A DNA stretch of 64,000 bases from Eledone cirrhosa (taxonomy: Eukaryota), in assembly GCA_964016885.1 (NCBI GenBank), contig OZ024764.1, positions 20,522,001 through 20,586,000 of the forward strand, read 5' to 3'. Numbering within the stretch: the first letter of the stretch is position 1; each line of letters begins with the position of its first letter. A program made the translations under genes and the position numbers. Positions 1 to 15,000 of the stretch are shown piece after piece. The notes beneath the pieces are model-generated. The model saw only the letters and a list, made by a program, of their open reading frames with translations, did no database searches and was not told the origin of the DNA.

Positions 1-3000
1 CTAATAACTACTTTTATCAGTCAGTTTAATCTAATGTAATAACTACTTTTATTAGTCAGTTTAATCTAATGTCACTAATAACTACTTTTATCAGTCAGTT
101 TAATCTAATGTCACTAATAACTACTTTTATCAGTCAGTTTAATCTAATGTCACTAATAACTACTTTTATCAGTCAGTTTAATCTAATGTCACTAATAAAT
201 ACTTTTATCAGTCAGTTTAATCTAATGTCACTAATAACTACTTTTATCAGTCAGTTTAATCTAATGTAATAACTACTTTCATCAGTCAGTTTAATCTAAT
301 GTCACTAATAACTACTTTTATCAGTCAGTTTAATCTAATGTCACTAATAACTACTTTTATCACTCAGTTTAATCTAATGTCACTAAGAACTACTTTTATC
401 AGTCAGTTTAATCTAATGTAATAACTACTTTTATCAGTCAGTTTAATCTAATGTCACTAATAACTACTTTTATCAGTCAGTTTAATCTAATGTCACTAAT
501 AACTACTTTTATCAGTCAGTTTAATCTAATGTCACTAATAACTACTTTTATCAGTCAGTTTAATCTAATGTAATAACTACTTTTATCAGTCAGTTTAATC
601 TAATGTCACTAATAACTACTTTTATCAGTCAGTTTAATCTAATGTAATAACTACTTTTATTAGTCAGTTTAATCTAATGTCACTAATAACTACTTTTGTC
701 AGTCAGTTTAATCTAATGTCACTAATAACTACTTTTATCAGTCAGTTTAATCTAATGTCACTAATAACTACTTTTATCAGTCAGTTTAATCTAATGTCAC
801 TAATAACTACTTTTATCAGTCAGTTTAATCTAATGTCACTAATAACTACTTTTATCAGTCAGTTTAATCTAATGTCACTAATAACTAGTTTTATCAGTCA
901 GTTTAATCTAATGTCACTAATAACTACTTTTATCAGTCAGTTTAATCTAATGTAATAACTACTTTTATCAGTCAGTTTAATCTAATGTCACTAATAACTA
1001 CTTTTATCAGTCAGTTTAATCTAATGTCACTAGTAACTACTTTTATCAGTCAGTTTAATCTAATGTAATAACTACTTTTATCAGTCAGTATAATCTAATG
1101 TCACTAATAATTACTTTTATCAGTCAGTTTAATCTAATGTAATAACTACATTTATCAGTCAGTTTAATCTAATGTCACTAATAACTACTTTTATCAGTCA
1201 GTATAATTTAATGTCACTAATAACTACTTTTATCAGTCAGTTTAATCTAATGTCACTAATAACTACTTTTATCAGTCAGTTTAATCTAATGTCACTAATA
1301 ACTACTTTTATCAGTCAGTTTAATCTAATGTCACTAATAACTACTTTTATCAGTCAGTTTAATCTAATGTAATAACTACTTTTATCAGTCACTTTAATCT
1401 AATGTCACTAATAACTACTTTTATCAGTCAGTTTAATCTAATGTCAATAATAACTACTTTTATCAGTCAGTTTAATCTAATGTCACTAATAACTACTTTT
1501 ATCAGTCAGTTTAATCTAATGTAATAACTACTTTTATCAGTCAGTTTAATCTAATGTCACTAATAACTACTTTTATCTGTCAGTTTAATCTAATGTCACT
1601 AATAACTACTTTTATCAGTCAGTTTCATCTAATGTCACTAATAACTACTTTTATCAGTCAGTTCAATCTAATGTCACTAATAACTACTTTTATCAGTCAG
1701 TTTAATCTAATGTCACTAATAACTACTTTTATCAGTCAGTTTAATCTAATGTAATAACTACTTTTATCAGTCAGTTTAATCTAATGTCACTAATAACTAC
1801 TTTTATCAGTCAGTTTAATCTAATGTAATAACTACTTTTATTAGTCAGTTTAATCTAATGTCACTAATAACTACTTTTATCAGTCAGTTTAATCTAATGT
1901 CACTAATAACTACTTTTATCAGTCAGTTTAATCTAATGTCACTAATAACTACTTTTATCAGTCAGTTTAATCTAATGTCACTAATAAATACTTTTATCAG
2001 TCAGTTTAATCTAATGTCACTAATAACTACTTTTATCAGTCAGTTTAATCTAATGTCACTAATAACTACTTTTATCAGTCAGTATAATCTAATGTCACTA
2101 ATAACTACTTTTATCAGTCAGTTTAATCTAATGTCACTAATAACTACTTTTATCAGTCAGTATAATCTAATGTCAGTAATAATTACTTTTATCAGTCAGT
2201 TTAATCTAATGTCACTAATAACTACTTTTATCAGTCAGTTTAATCTAATGTCACTAATAACTACTTTTATCAGTCAGTTTAATCTAATGTCACTAATAAA
2301 TACTTTTATCAGTCAGTTTAATCTAATGTAATAACTACTTTTATCAGTCAGTATAATCTAATGTCACTAATAACTACTTTTATCAGTCAGTTTAATCTAA
2401 TGTCACTAATAACTACTTTTATCAGTCAGTTTAATCTAATGTAATAACTACTTTTATCAGTCAGTTTAATCTAATGTCACTAATAACTACTTTTATCAGT
2501 CAGTTTAATCTAATGTCACTAATAACTACTTTTATCAGTCAGTTTAATCTAATGTAATAACTACTTTTATCAGTCAGTTTAATCTAATGTCACTAATAAC
2601 TACTTTTATCAGTCAGTTTAATCTAATGTCACTAATAACTACTTTTATCAGTCAGTTTAATCTAATGTAATAACTACTTTTATCAGTCAGTTTAATCTAA
2701 TGTCACTAATAACTACTTTTATCAGTCAGTTTAATCTAATGTCACTAATAACTACTTTTATCAGTCAGTTTAATCTAATGTCACTAATAACTACTTTTAT
2801 CAGTCAGTTTAATCTAATGTCACTAATAACTACTTTTATCAGTCAGTTTAATCTAATGTCACTAATAACTACTTTTATCAGTCAGTTTAATCTAATGTAA
2901 TAACTACTTTTATCAGTCAGTTTAATCTAATGTCACTAATAACTACTTTTATCAGTCAGTTTACTCTAATGTCACTAATAACTACTTTTATCAGTCAGTT

Positions 3001-6000
3001 TAATCTAATGTAATAACTACTTTTATCAGTCAGTATAATCTAATGTCACTAATAACTACTTTTATCAGTCAGTATAATTTAATGTCACTAATAATTACTT
3101 TTATCAGTCAGTTTAATCTAATGTAATAACTACATTTATCAGTCAGTTTAATCTAATGTCACTAATAACTACTTTTATCAGTCAGTATAATTTAATGTCA
3201 CTAATAACTACTTTTATCAGTCAGTTTAATCTAATGTCACTAATAACTACTTTTATCAGTCAGTTTAATCTAATGTCACTAATAACTACTTTTATCAGTC
3301 AGTTTAATCTAATGTCACTAATAACTACTTTTATCAGTCAGTTTAATCAAATGTAATAACTACTTTTATCAGTCACTTTAATCTAATGTCACTAATAACT
3401 ACTTTTATCAGTCAGTTTAATCTAATGTCACTAATAACTACTTTTATCAGTCAGTTTAATCTAATGTCACTAATAACTACTTTTATCAGTCAGTTTAATC
3501 TAATGTAATAACTACTTTTATCAGTCAGTTTAATCTAATGTCACTAATAACTACTTTTATCTGTCAGTTTAATCTAATGTCACTAATAACTACTTTTATC
3601 AGTCAGTTTCATCTAATGTCACTAATAACTACTTTTATCAGTCAGTTCAATCTAATGTCACTAATAACTACTTTTATCAGTCAGTTTAATCTAATGTAAT
3701 AACTACTTTTATCAGTCAGTTTAATCTAATGTCACTAATAACTACTTTTATCAGTCAGTTTAATCTAATGTAATAACTACTTTTATCAGTCAGTTTAATC
3801 TAATGTCACTAATAACTACTTTTATCAGTCAGTTTAATCTAATGTAATAACTACTTTTATTAGTCAGTTTAATCTAATGTCACTAATAACTACTTTTATC
3901 AGTCAGTTTAATCTAATGTCACTAATAACTACTTTTATCAGTCAGTTTAATCTAATGTCACTAATAACTACTTTTATCAGTCAGTTTAATCTAATGTCAC
4001 TAATAAATACTTTTATCAGTCAGTTTAATCTAATGTCACTAATAACTACTTTTATCAGTCAGTTTAATCTAATGTAATAACTACTTTCATCAGTCAGTTT
4101 AATCTAATGTCACTAATAACTACTTTTATCAGTCAGTTTAATCTAATGTCACTAATAACTACTTTTATCACTCAGTTTAATCTAATGTCACTAAGAACTA
4201 CTTTTATCAGTCAGTTTAATCTAATGTAATAACTACTTTTATCAGTCAGTTTAATCTAATGTCACTAATAACTACTTTTATCAGTCAGTTTAATCTAATG
4301 TCACTAATAACTACTTTTATCAGTCAGTTTAATCTAATGTCACTAATAACTACTTTTATCAGTCAGTTTAATCTAATGTAATAACTACTTTTATCAGTCA
4401 GTTTAATCTAATGTCACTAATAACTACTTTTATCAGTCAGTTTAATCTAATGTAATAACTACTTTTATTAGTCAGTTTAATCTAATGTCACTAATAACTA
4501 CTTTTGTCAGTCAGTTTAATCTAATGTCACTAATAACTACTTTTATCAGTCAGTTTAATCTAATGTCACTAATAACTACTTTTATCAGTCAGTTTAATCT
4601 AATGTCACTAATAACTACTTTTATCAGTCAGTTTAATCTAATGTCACTAATAACTACTTTTATCAGTCAGTTTAATCTAATGTCACTAATAACTAGTTTT
4701 ATCAGTCAGTTTAATCTAATGTCACTAATAACTACTTTTATCAGTCAGTTTAATCTAATGTAATAACTACTTTTATCAGTCAGTTTAATCTAATGTCACT
4801 AATAACTACTTTTATCAGTCAGTTTAATCTAATGTCACTAGTAACTACTTTTATCAGTCAGTTTAATCTAATGTAATAACTACTTTTATCAGTCAGTATA
4901 ATCTAATGTCACTAATAATTACTTTTATCAGTCAGTTTAATCTAATGTAATAACTACATTTATCAGTCAGTTTAATCTAATGTCACTAATAACTACTTTT
5001 ATCAGTCAGTATAATTTAATGTCACTAATAACTACTTTTATCAGTCAGTTTAATCTAATGTCACTAATAACTACTTTTATCAGTCAGTTTAATCTAATGT
5101 CACTAATAACTACTTTTATCAGTCAGTTTAATCTAATGTCACTAATAACTACTTTTATCAGTCAGTTTAATCTAATGTAATAACTACTTTTATCAGTCAC
5201 TTTAATCTAATGTCACTAATAACTACTTTTATCAGTCAGTTTAATCTAATGTCAATAATAACTACTTTTATCAGTCAGTTTAATCTAATGTCACTAATAA
5301 CTACTTTTATCAGTCAGTTTAATCTAATGTAATAACTACTTTTATCAGTCAGTTTAATCTAATGTCACTAATAACTACTTTTATCTGTCAGTTTAATCTA
5401 ATGTCACTAATAACTACTTTTATCAGTCAGTTTCATCTAATGTCACTAATAACTACTTTTATCAGTCAGTTCAATCTAATGTCACTAATAACTACTTTTA
5501 TCAGTCAGTTTAATCTAATGTCACTAATAACTACTTTTATCAGTCAGTTTAATCTAATGTAATAACTACTTTTATCAGTCAGTTTAATCTAATGTCACTA
5601 ATAACTACTTTTATCAGTCAGTTTAATCTAATGTAATAACTACTTTTATTAGTCAGTTTAATCTAATGTCACTAATAACTACTTTTATCAGTCAGTTTAA
5701 TCTAATGTCACTAATAACTACTTTTATCAGTCAGTTTAATCTAATGTCACTAATAACTACTTTTATCAGTCAGTTTAATCTAATGTCACTAATAAATACT
5801 TTTATCAGTCAGTTTAATCTAATGTCACTAATAACTACTTTTATCAGTCAGTTTAATCTAATGTAATAACTACTTTCATCAGTCAGTTTAATCTAATGTC
5901 ACTAATAACTACTTTTATCAGTCAGTTTAATCTAATGTCACTAATAACTACTTTTATCAGTCAGTTTAATCTAATGTCACTAAGAACTACTTTTATCAGT

Positions 6001-9000
6001 CAGTTTAATCTAATGTAATAACTACTTTTATCAGTCAGTTTAATCTAATGTCACTAATAACTACTTTTATCAGTCAGTTTAATCTAATGTCACTAATAAC
6101 TACTTTTATCAGTCAGTTTAATCTAATGTCACTAATAACTACTTTTATCAGTCAGTTTAATCTAATGTAATAACTACTTTTATCAGTCAGTTTAATCTAA
6201 TGTCACTAATAACTACTTTTATCAGTCAGTTTAATCTAATGTAATAACTACTTTTATTAGTCAGTTTAATCTAATGTCACTAATAACTACTTTTGTCAGT
6301 CAGTTTAATCTAATGTCACTAATAACTACTTTTATCAGTCAGTTTAATCTAATGTCACTAATAACTACTTTTATCAGTCAGTTTAATCTAATGTCACTAA
6401 TAACTACTTTTATCAGTCAGTTTAATCTAATGTCACTAATAACTAGTTTTATCAGTCAGTTTAATCTAATGTCACTAATAACTACTTTTATCAGTCAGTT
6501 TAATCTAATGTAATAACTACTTTTATCAGTCAGTTTAATCTAATGTCACTAATAACTACTTTTATCAGTCAGTTTAATCTAATGTCACTAGTAACTACTT
6601 TTATCAGTCAGTTTAATCTAATGTAATAACTACTTTTATCAGTCAGTATAATCTAATGTCACTAATAACTACTTTTATCAGTCAGTTTAATCTAATGTAA
6701 TAACTACTTTTATCAGTCAGTATAATCTAAAGTCACTAATAACTACTTTTATCAGTCAGTTTAATCTAATGTCACTAATAACTACTTTTATCAGTCAGTA
6801 TAATCTAATGTCGCTAATAACTACTTTTATCAGTCAGTTTAATCTAATGTCACTAATAACTACTTTTATCAGTCAGTTTAATCTAATGTCACTAATAACT
6901 ACTTTTATCAGTCAGTTTAATCTAATGTCACTAATAACTACTTTTATCAGTCAGTTTAATCTAATGTCACTAATAACTACTTTTATCAGTCAGTTTAATC
7001 TAATGTAATAACTACTTTTATCAGTCAGTTTAATCTAATGTCACTAATAACTACTTTTATCTGTCAGTTTAATCTAATGTCACTAATAACTACTTTTATC
7101 AGTCAGTTTCATCTAATGTCACTAATAACTACTTTTATCAGTCAGTTTAATCTAATGTCACTAATAACTACTTTTATCAGTCAGTTTAATCTAATGTCAC
7201 TAATAACTACTTTTATCAGTCAGTTTAATCTAATGTAATAACTACATTTATCAGTCAGTATAATCTAATGTCACTAATAACTACTTTTATCAGTCAGTTT
7301 AATCTAATGTCACTAATAACTACTTTTATCAGTCAGTTTAATCTAATGTCACTAATAACTACTTTTATCAGTCAGTTTAATCTAATGTCACTAATAACTA
7401 CTTTTATCAGTCAGTTTAATCTAATGTCACTAATAACTACTTTTATCAGTCAGTTTAATCTAATGTCACTAATAACTACTTTTATCAGTCAGTTTAATCT
7501 AATGTCACTAATAACTACTTTTATCAGTCAGTTTAATCTAATGTAATAACTACTTTTATCAGTCAGTTTAATCTAATGTCACTAATAACTACTTTTATCA
7601 GTCAGTTTAATCTAATGTAATAACTACTTTTATTAGTCAGTTTAATCTAATGTCACTAATAACTACTTTTGTCAGTCAGTTTAATCTAATGTCACTAATA
7701 ACTACTTTTATCAGTCAGTTTAATCTAATGTCACTAATAACTACTTTTATCAGTCAGTTTAATCTAATGTCACTAATAACTACTTTTATCAGTCAGTTTA
7801 ATCTAATGTCACTAATAACTAGTTTTATCAGTCAGTTTAATCTAATGTCACTAATAACTACTTTTATCAGTCAGTTTAATCTAATGTAATAACTACTTTT
7901 ATCAGTCAGTTTAATCTAATGTCACTAATAACTACTTTTATCAGTCAGTTTAATCTAATGTCACTAGTAACTACTTTTATCAGTCAGTTTAATCTAATGT
8001 AATAACTACTTTTATCAGTCAGTATAATCTAATGTCACTAATAACTACTTTTATCAGTCAGTTTAATCTAATGTAATAACTACTTTTATCAGTCAGTATA
8101 ATCTAAAGTCACTAATAACTACTTTTATCAGTCAGTTTAATCTAATGTCACTAATAACTACTTTTATCAGTCAGTATAATCTAATGTCGCTAATAACTAC
8201 TTTTATCAGTCAGTTTAATCTAATGTCACTAATAACTACTTTTATCAGTCAGTTTAATCTAATGTCACTAATAACTACTTTTATCAGTCAGTTTAATCTA
8301 ATGTCACTAATAACTACTTTTATCAGTCAGTTTAATCTAATGTCACTAATAACTACTTTTATCAGTCAGTTTAATCTAATGTAATAACTACTTTTATCAG
8401 TCAGTTTAATCTAATGTCACTAATAACTACTTTTATCTGTCAGTTTAATCTAATGTCACTAATAACTACTTTTATCAGTCAGTTTCATCTAATGTCACTA
8501 ATAACTACTTTTATCAGTCAGTTTAATCTAATGTCACTAATAACTACTTTTATCAGTCAGTTTAATCTAATGTCACTAATAACTACTTTTATCAGTCAGT
8601 TTAATCTAATGTAATAACTACATTTATCAGTCAGTATAATCTAATGTCACTAATAACTACTTTTATCAGTCAGTTTAATCTAATGTCACTAATAACTACT
8701 TTTATCAGTCAGTTTAATCTAATGTCACTAATAACTACTTTTATCAGTCAGTTTAATCTAATGTCACTAATAACTACTTTTATCAGTCAGTTTAATCTAA
8801 TGTAATAACTACTTTTATCAGTCACTTTAATCTAATGTCACTAATAACTACTTTTATCAGTCAGTTTAATCTAATGTCACTAATAACTACTTTTATCAGT
8901 CAGTTTAATCTAATGTCACTAATAACTACTTTTATCAGTCAGTTTAATCTAATGTAATAACTACTTTTATCAGTCAGTTTAATCTAATGTCACTAATAAC

Positions 9001-12000
9001 TACTTTTATCTGTCAGTTTAATCTAATGTCACTAATAACTACTTTTATCAGTCAGTTTCATCTAATGTCACTAATAACTACTTTTATCAGTCAGTTTAAT
9101 CTAATATAATAACTACTTTTATTAGTCAGTTTAATCTAATGTCACTAATAACTACTTTTATCAGTCAGTTTAATATAATGTCACTAATAACTACTTTTAT
9201 CAGTCAGTTTAATCTAATGTCACTAATAACTACTTTTATCAGTCAGTTTAATCTAATGTCACTAATAACTACTTTTATCAGTCAGTTTAATCTAATGTCA
9301 CTAATAACTACTTTTATCAGTCAGTTTAATCTAATGTCACTAATAACTACTTTTATCAGTCAGTTTAATCTAATGTCACTAATAACTACTTTTATCAGTG
9401 AGTTTAATCTAATGTAATAACTACTTTTATCAGTCAGTTTAATCTAATGTCACTAATAACTACTTTTATCAGTCAGTTTAATCTAATGTCACTATTAACT
9501 ACTTTTATCAGTCAGTTAATCTAATGTAATAACTACTTTTATCAGTCAGTTTAATCTAATGTCACTAATAACTACTTTTATCAGTCAGTTTAATCTAATG
9601 TCACTAGTAACTACTTTTATCAGTCAGTTAATCTAATGTAATAACTACTTTTATCAGTCAGTTTAATCTAATATAATAACTACTTTTATTAGTCAGTTTA
9701 ATCTAATGTCACTAATAACTACTTTTATCAGTCAGTTTAATCTAATGTAATAACTACTTTTATCAGTCACTTTAATCTAATGTCACTAATAACTACTTTT
9801 ATCAGTCAGTTTAATCTAATGTCACTAATAACTACTTTTATCAGTCAGTTTAATCTAATGTCACTAATAACTACTTTTATCAGTCAGTTTAATCTAATGT
9901 AATAACTACTTTTATCAGTCAGTTTAATCTAATGTCACTAATAACTACTTTTATCTGTCAGTTTAATCTAATGTCACTAATAACTACTTTTATCAGTCAG
10001 TTTCATCTAATGTCACTAATAACTACTTTTATCAGTCAGTTTAATCTAATATAATAACTACTTTTATTAGTCAGTTTAATCTAATGTCACTAATAACTAC
10101 TTTTATCAGTCAGTTTAATCTAATGTCACTAATAACTACTTTTATCAGTCAGTTTAATCTAATGTCACTAATAACTACTTTTATCAGTCAGTTTAATCTA
10201 ATGTCACTAATAACTACTTTTATCAGTCAGTTTAATCTAATGTCACTAATAACTACTTTTATCAGTCAGTTTAATCTAATGTCACTAATAACTACTTTTA
10301 TCAGTCAGTTTAATCTAATGTCACTAATAACTACTTTTATCTGTCAGTTTAATCTAATGTCACTAGTAACTACTTTTATCAGTCAGTTAATCTAATGTAA
10401 TAACTACTTTTATCAGTCAGTATAATCTAATGTCACTAATAACTACTTTTATCAGTCAGTTTAATCTAATGTAATAACTACTTTTATCAGTCAGTATAAT
10501 CTAATGTCACTAATAACTACTTTTATCAGTCAGTTTAATCTAATGTCGCTAATAACTACTTTTATCAGTCAGTTTAATCTAATGTCACTAATAACTACTT
10601 TTATCAGTCAGTTTAATCTAATGTCACTAATAACTACTTTTATCAGTCAGTTTAATCTAATGTCACTAATAACTACTTTTATCAGTCAGTATAATCTAAT
10701 GTCACTAATAACTACTTTTATCAGTCAGTTTAATCTAATGTCACTAATAACTACTTTTATCAGTCAGTATAATCTAATGTCAGTAATAATTACTTTTATC
10801 AGTCAGTTTAATCTAATGTCACTAATAACTACTTTTATCAGTCAGTTTAATCTAATGTCACTAATAACTACTTTTATCAGTCAGTTTAATCTAATGTCAC
10901 TAATAACTACTTTTATCAGTCAGTTTAATCTAATGTAATAACTACTTTTATCAGTCAGTATAATCTAATGTCACTAATAACTACTTTTATCAGTCAGTTT
11001 AATCTAATGTCACTAATAACTACTTTTATCAGTCAGTTTAATCTAATGTAATAACTACTTTTATCAGTCAGTTTAATCTAATGTCACTAATAACTACTTT
11101 TATCAGTCAGTTTAATCTAATGTCACTAATAACTACTTTTATCAGTCAGTTTAATCTAATGTAATAACTACTTTTATCAGTCAGTTTAATCTAATGTCAC
11201 TAATAACTACTTTTATCAGTCAGTTTAATCTAATGTCACTAATAACTACTTTTATCAGTCAGTTTAATCTAATGTCACTAATAACTACTTTTATCAGTCA
11301 GTTTAATCTAATGTCACTAATAACTACTTTTATCAGTCAGTTTAATCTAATGTCACTAATAACTACTTTTATCAGTCAGTTTAATCTAATGTAATAACTA
11401 CTTTTATCAGTCAGTTTAATCTAATGTCACTAATAACTACTTTTATCAGTCAGTTTAATCTAATGTCACTAATAACTACTTTTATCAGTCAGTTTAATGT
11501 AATGTAATAACTACTTTTATCAGTCAGTATAATCTAATGTCACTAATAACTACTTTTATCAGTCAGTATAATTTAATGTCACTAATAATTACTTTTATCA
11601 GTCAGTTTAATCTAATGTAATAACTACATTTATCAGTCAGTATAATCTAATGTCACTAATAACTACTTTTATCAGTCAGTTTAATCTAATGTCACTAATA
11701 ACTACTTTTATCAGTCAGTTTAATCTAATGTCACTAATAACTACTTTTATCAGTCAGTTTAATCTAATGTCACTAATAACTACTTTTATCAGTCAGTTTA
11801 ATCTAATGTAATAACTACTTTTATCAGTCACTTTAATCTAATGTCACTAATAACTACTTTTATCAGTCAGTTTAATCTAATGTCACTAATAACTACTTTT
11901 ATCAGTCAGTTTAATCTAATGTCACTAATAACTACTTTTATCAGTCAGTTTAATCTAATGTAATAACTACTTTTATCAGTCAGTTTAATCTAATGTCACT

Positions 12001-15000
12001 AATAACTACTTTTATCTGTCAGTTTAATCTAATGTCACTAATAACTACTTTTATCAGTCAGTTTCATCTAATGTCACTAATAACTACTTTTATCAGTCAG
12101 TTCAATCTAATGTCACTAATAACTACTTTTATCAGTCAGTTTAATCTAATGTAATAACTACTTTTATCAGTCAGTTTAATCTAATGTAATAACTACTTTT
12201 ATTAGTCAGTTTAATCTAATGTCACTAATAACTACTTTTATCAGTCAGTTTAATCTAATGTCACTAATAACTACTTTTATCAGTCAGTTTAATCTAATGT
12301 CACTAATAACTACTTTTATCAGTCAGTTTAATCTAATGTCACTAATAAATACTTTTATCAGTCAGTTTAATCTAATGTCACTAATAACTACTTTTATCAG
12401 TCAGTTTAATCTAATGTAATAACTACTTTCATCAGTCAGTTTAATCTAATGTCACTAATAACTACTTTTATCAGTCAGTTTAATCTAATGTCACTAATAA
12501 CTACTTTTATCAGTCAGTTTAATCTAATGTCACTAAGAACTACTTTTATCAGTCAGTTTAATCTAATGTAATAACTACTTTTATCAGTCAGTTTAATCTA
12601 ATGTCACTAATAACTACTTTTATCAGTCAGTTTAATCTAATGTCACTAATAACTACTTTTATCAGTCAGTTTAATCTAATGTCACTAATAACTACTTTTA
12701 TCAGTCAGTTTAATCTAATGTAATAACTACTTTTATCAGTCAGTTTAATCTAATGTCACTAATAACTACTTTTATCAGTCAGTTTAATCTAATGTAATAA
12801 CTACTTTTATTAGTCAGTTTAATCTAATGTCACTAATAACTACTTTTGTCAGTCAGTTTAATCTAATGTCACTAATAACTACTTTTATCAGTCAGTTTAA
12901 TCTAATGTCACTAATAACTACTTTTATCAGTCAGTTTAATCTAATGTCACTAATAACTACTTTTATCAGTCAGTTTAATCTAATGTCACTAATAACTAGT
13001 TTTATCAGTCAGTTTAATCTAATGTCACTAATAACTACTTTTATCAGTCAGTTTAATCTAATGTAATAACTACTTTTATCAGTCAGTTTAATCTAATGTC
13101 ACTAATAACTACTTTTATCAGTCAGTTTAATCTAATGTCACTAGTAACTACTTTTATCAGTCAGTTTAATCTAATGTAATAACTACTTTTATCAGTCAGT
13201 ATAATCTAATGTCACTAATAACTACTTTTATCAGTCAGTTTAATCTAATGTAATAACTACTTTTATCAGTCAGTATAATCTAAAGTCACTAATAACTACT
13301 TTTATCAGTCAGTTTAATCTAATGTCACTAATAACTACTTTTATCAGTCAGTATAATCTAATGTCGCTAATAACTACTTTTATCAGTCAGTTTAATCTAA
13401 TGTCACTAATAACTACTTTTATCAGTCAGTTTAATCTAATGTCACTAATAACTACTTTTATCAGTCAGTTTAATCTAATGTCACTAATAACTACTTTTAT
13501 CAGTCAGTTTAATCTAATGTCACTAATAACTACTTTTATCAGTCAGTTTAATCTAATGTAATAACTACTTTTATCAGTCAGTTTAATCTAATGTCACTAA
13601 TAACTACTTTTATCTGTCAGTTTAATCTAATGTCACTAATAACTACTTTTATCAGTCAGTTTCATCTAATGTCACTAATAACTACTTTTATCAGTCAGTT
13701 TAATCTAATGTCACTAATAACTACTTTTATCAGTCAGTTTAATCTAATGTCACTAATAACTACTTTTATCAGTCAGTTTAATCTAATGTAATAACTACAT
13801 TTATCATTCAGTATAATCTAATGTCACTAATAACTACTTTTATCAGTCAGTTTAATCTAATGTCACTAATAACTACTTTTATCAGTCAGTTTAATCTAAT
13901 GTCACTAATAACTACTTTTATCAGTCAGTTTAATCTAATGTCACTAATAACTACTTTTATCAGTCAGTTTAATCTAATGTCACTAATAACTACTTTTATC
14001 AGTCAGTTTAATCTAATGTCACTAATAACTACTTTTATCAGTCAGTTTAATCTAATGTCACTAATAACTACTTTTATCAGTCAGTTTAATCTAATGTAAT
14101 AACTACTTTTATCAGTCAGTTTAATCTAATGTCACTAATAACTACTTTTATCAGTCAGTTTAATCTAATGTAATAACTACTTTTATTAGTCAGTTTAATC
14201 TAATGTCACTAATAACTACTTTTGTCAGTCAGTTTAATCTAATGTCACTAATAACTACTTTTATCAGTCAGTTTAATCTAATGTCACTAATAACTACTTT
14301 TATCAGTCAGTTTAATCTAATGTCACTAATAACTACTTTTATCAGTCAGTTTAATCTAATGTCACTAATAACTAGTTTTATCAGTCAGTTTAATCTAATG
14401 TCACTAATAACTACTTTTATCAGTCAGTTTAATCTAATGTAATAACTACTTTTATCAGTCAGTTTAATCTAATGTCACTAATAACTACTTTTATCAGTCA
14501 GTTTAATCTAATGTCACTAGTAACTACTTTTATCAGTCAGTTTAATCTAATGTAATAACTACTTTTATCAGTCAGTATAATCTAATGTCACTAATAACTA
14601 CTTTTATCAGTCAGTTTAATCTAATGTAATAACTACTTTTATCAGTCAGTATAATCTAAAGTCACTAATAACTACTTTTATCAGTCAGTTTAATCTAATG
14701 TCACTAATAACTACTTTTATCAGTCAGTATAATCTAATGTCGCTAATAACTACTTTTATCAGTCAGTTTAATCTAATGTCACTAATAACTACTTTTATCA
14801 GTCAGTTTAATCTAATGTCACTAATAACTACTTTTATCAGTCAGTTTAATCTAATGTCACTAATAACTACTTTTATCAGTCAGTTTAATCTAATGTCACT
14901 AATAACTACTTTTATCAGTCAGTTTAATCTAATGTAATAACTACTTTTATCAGTCAGTTTAATCTAATGTCACTAATAACTACTTTTATCTGTCAGTTTA

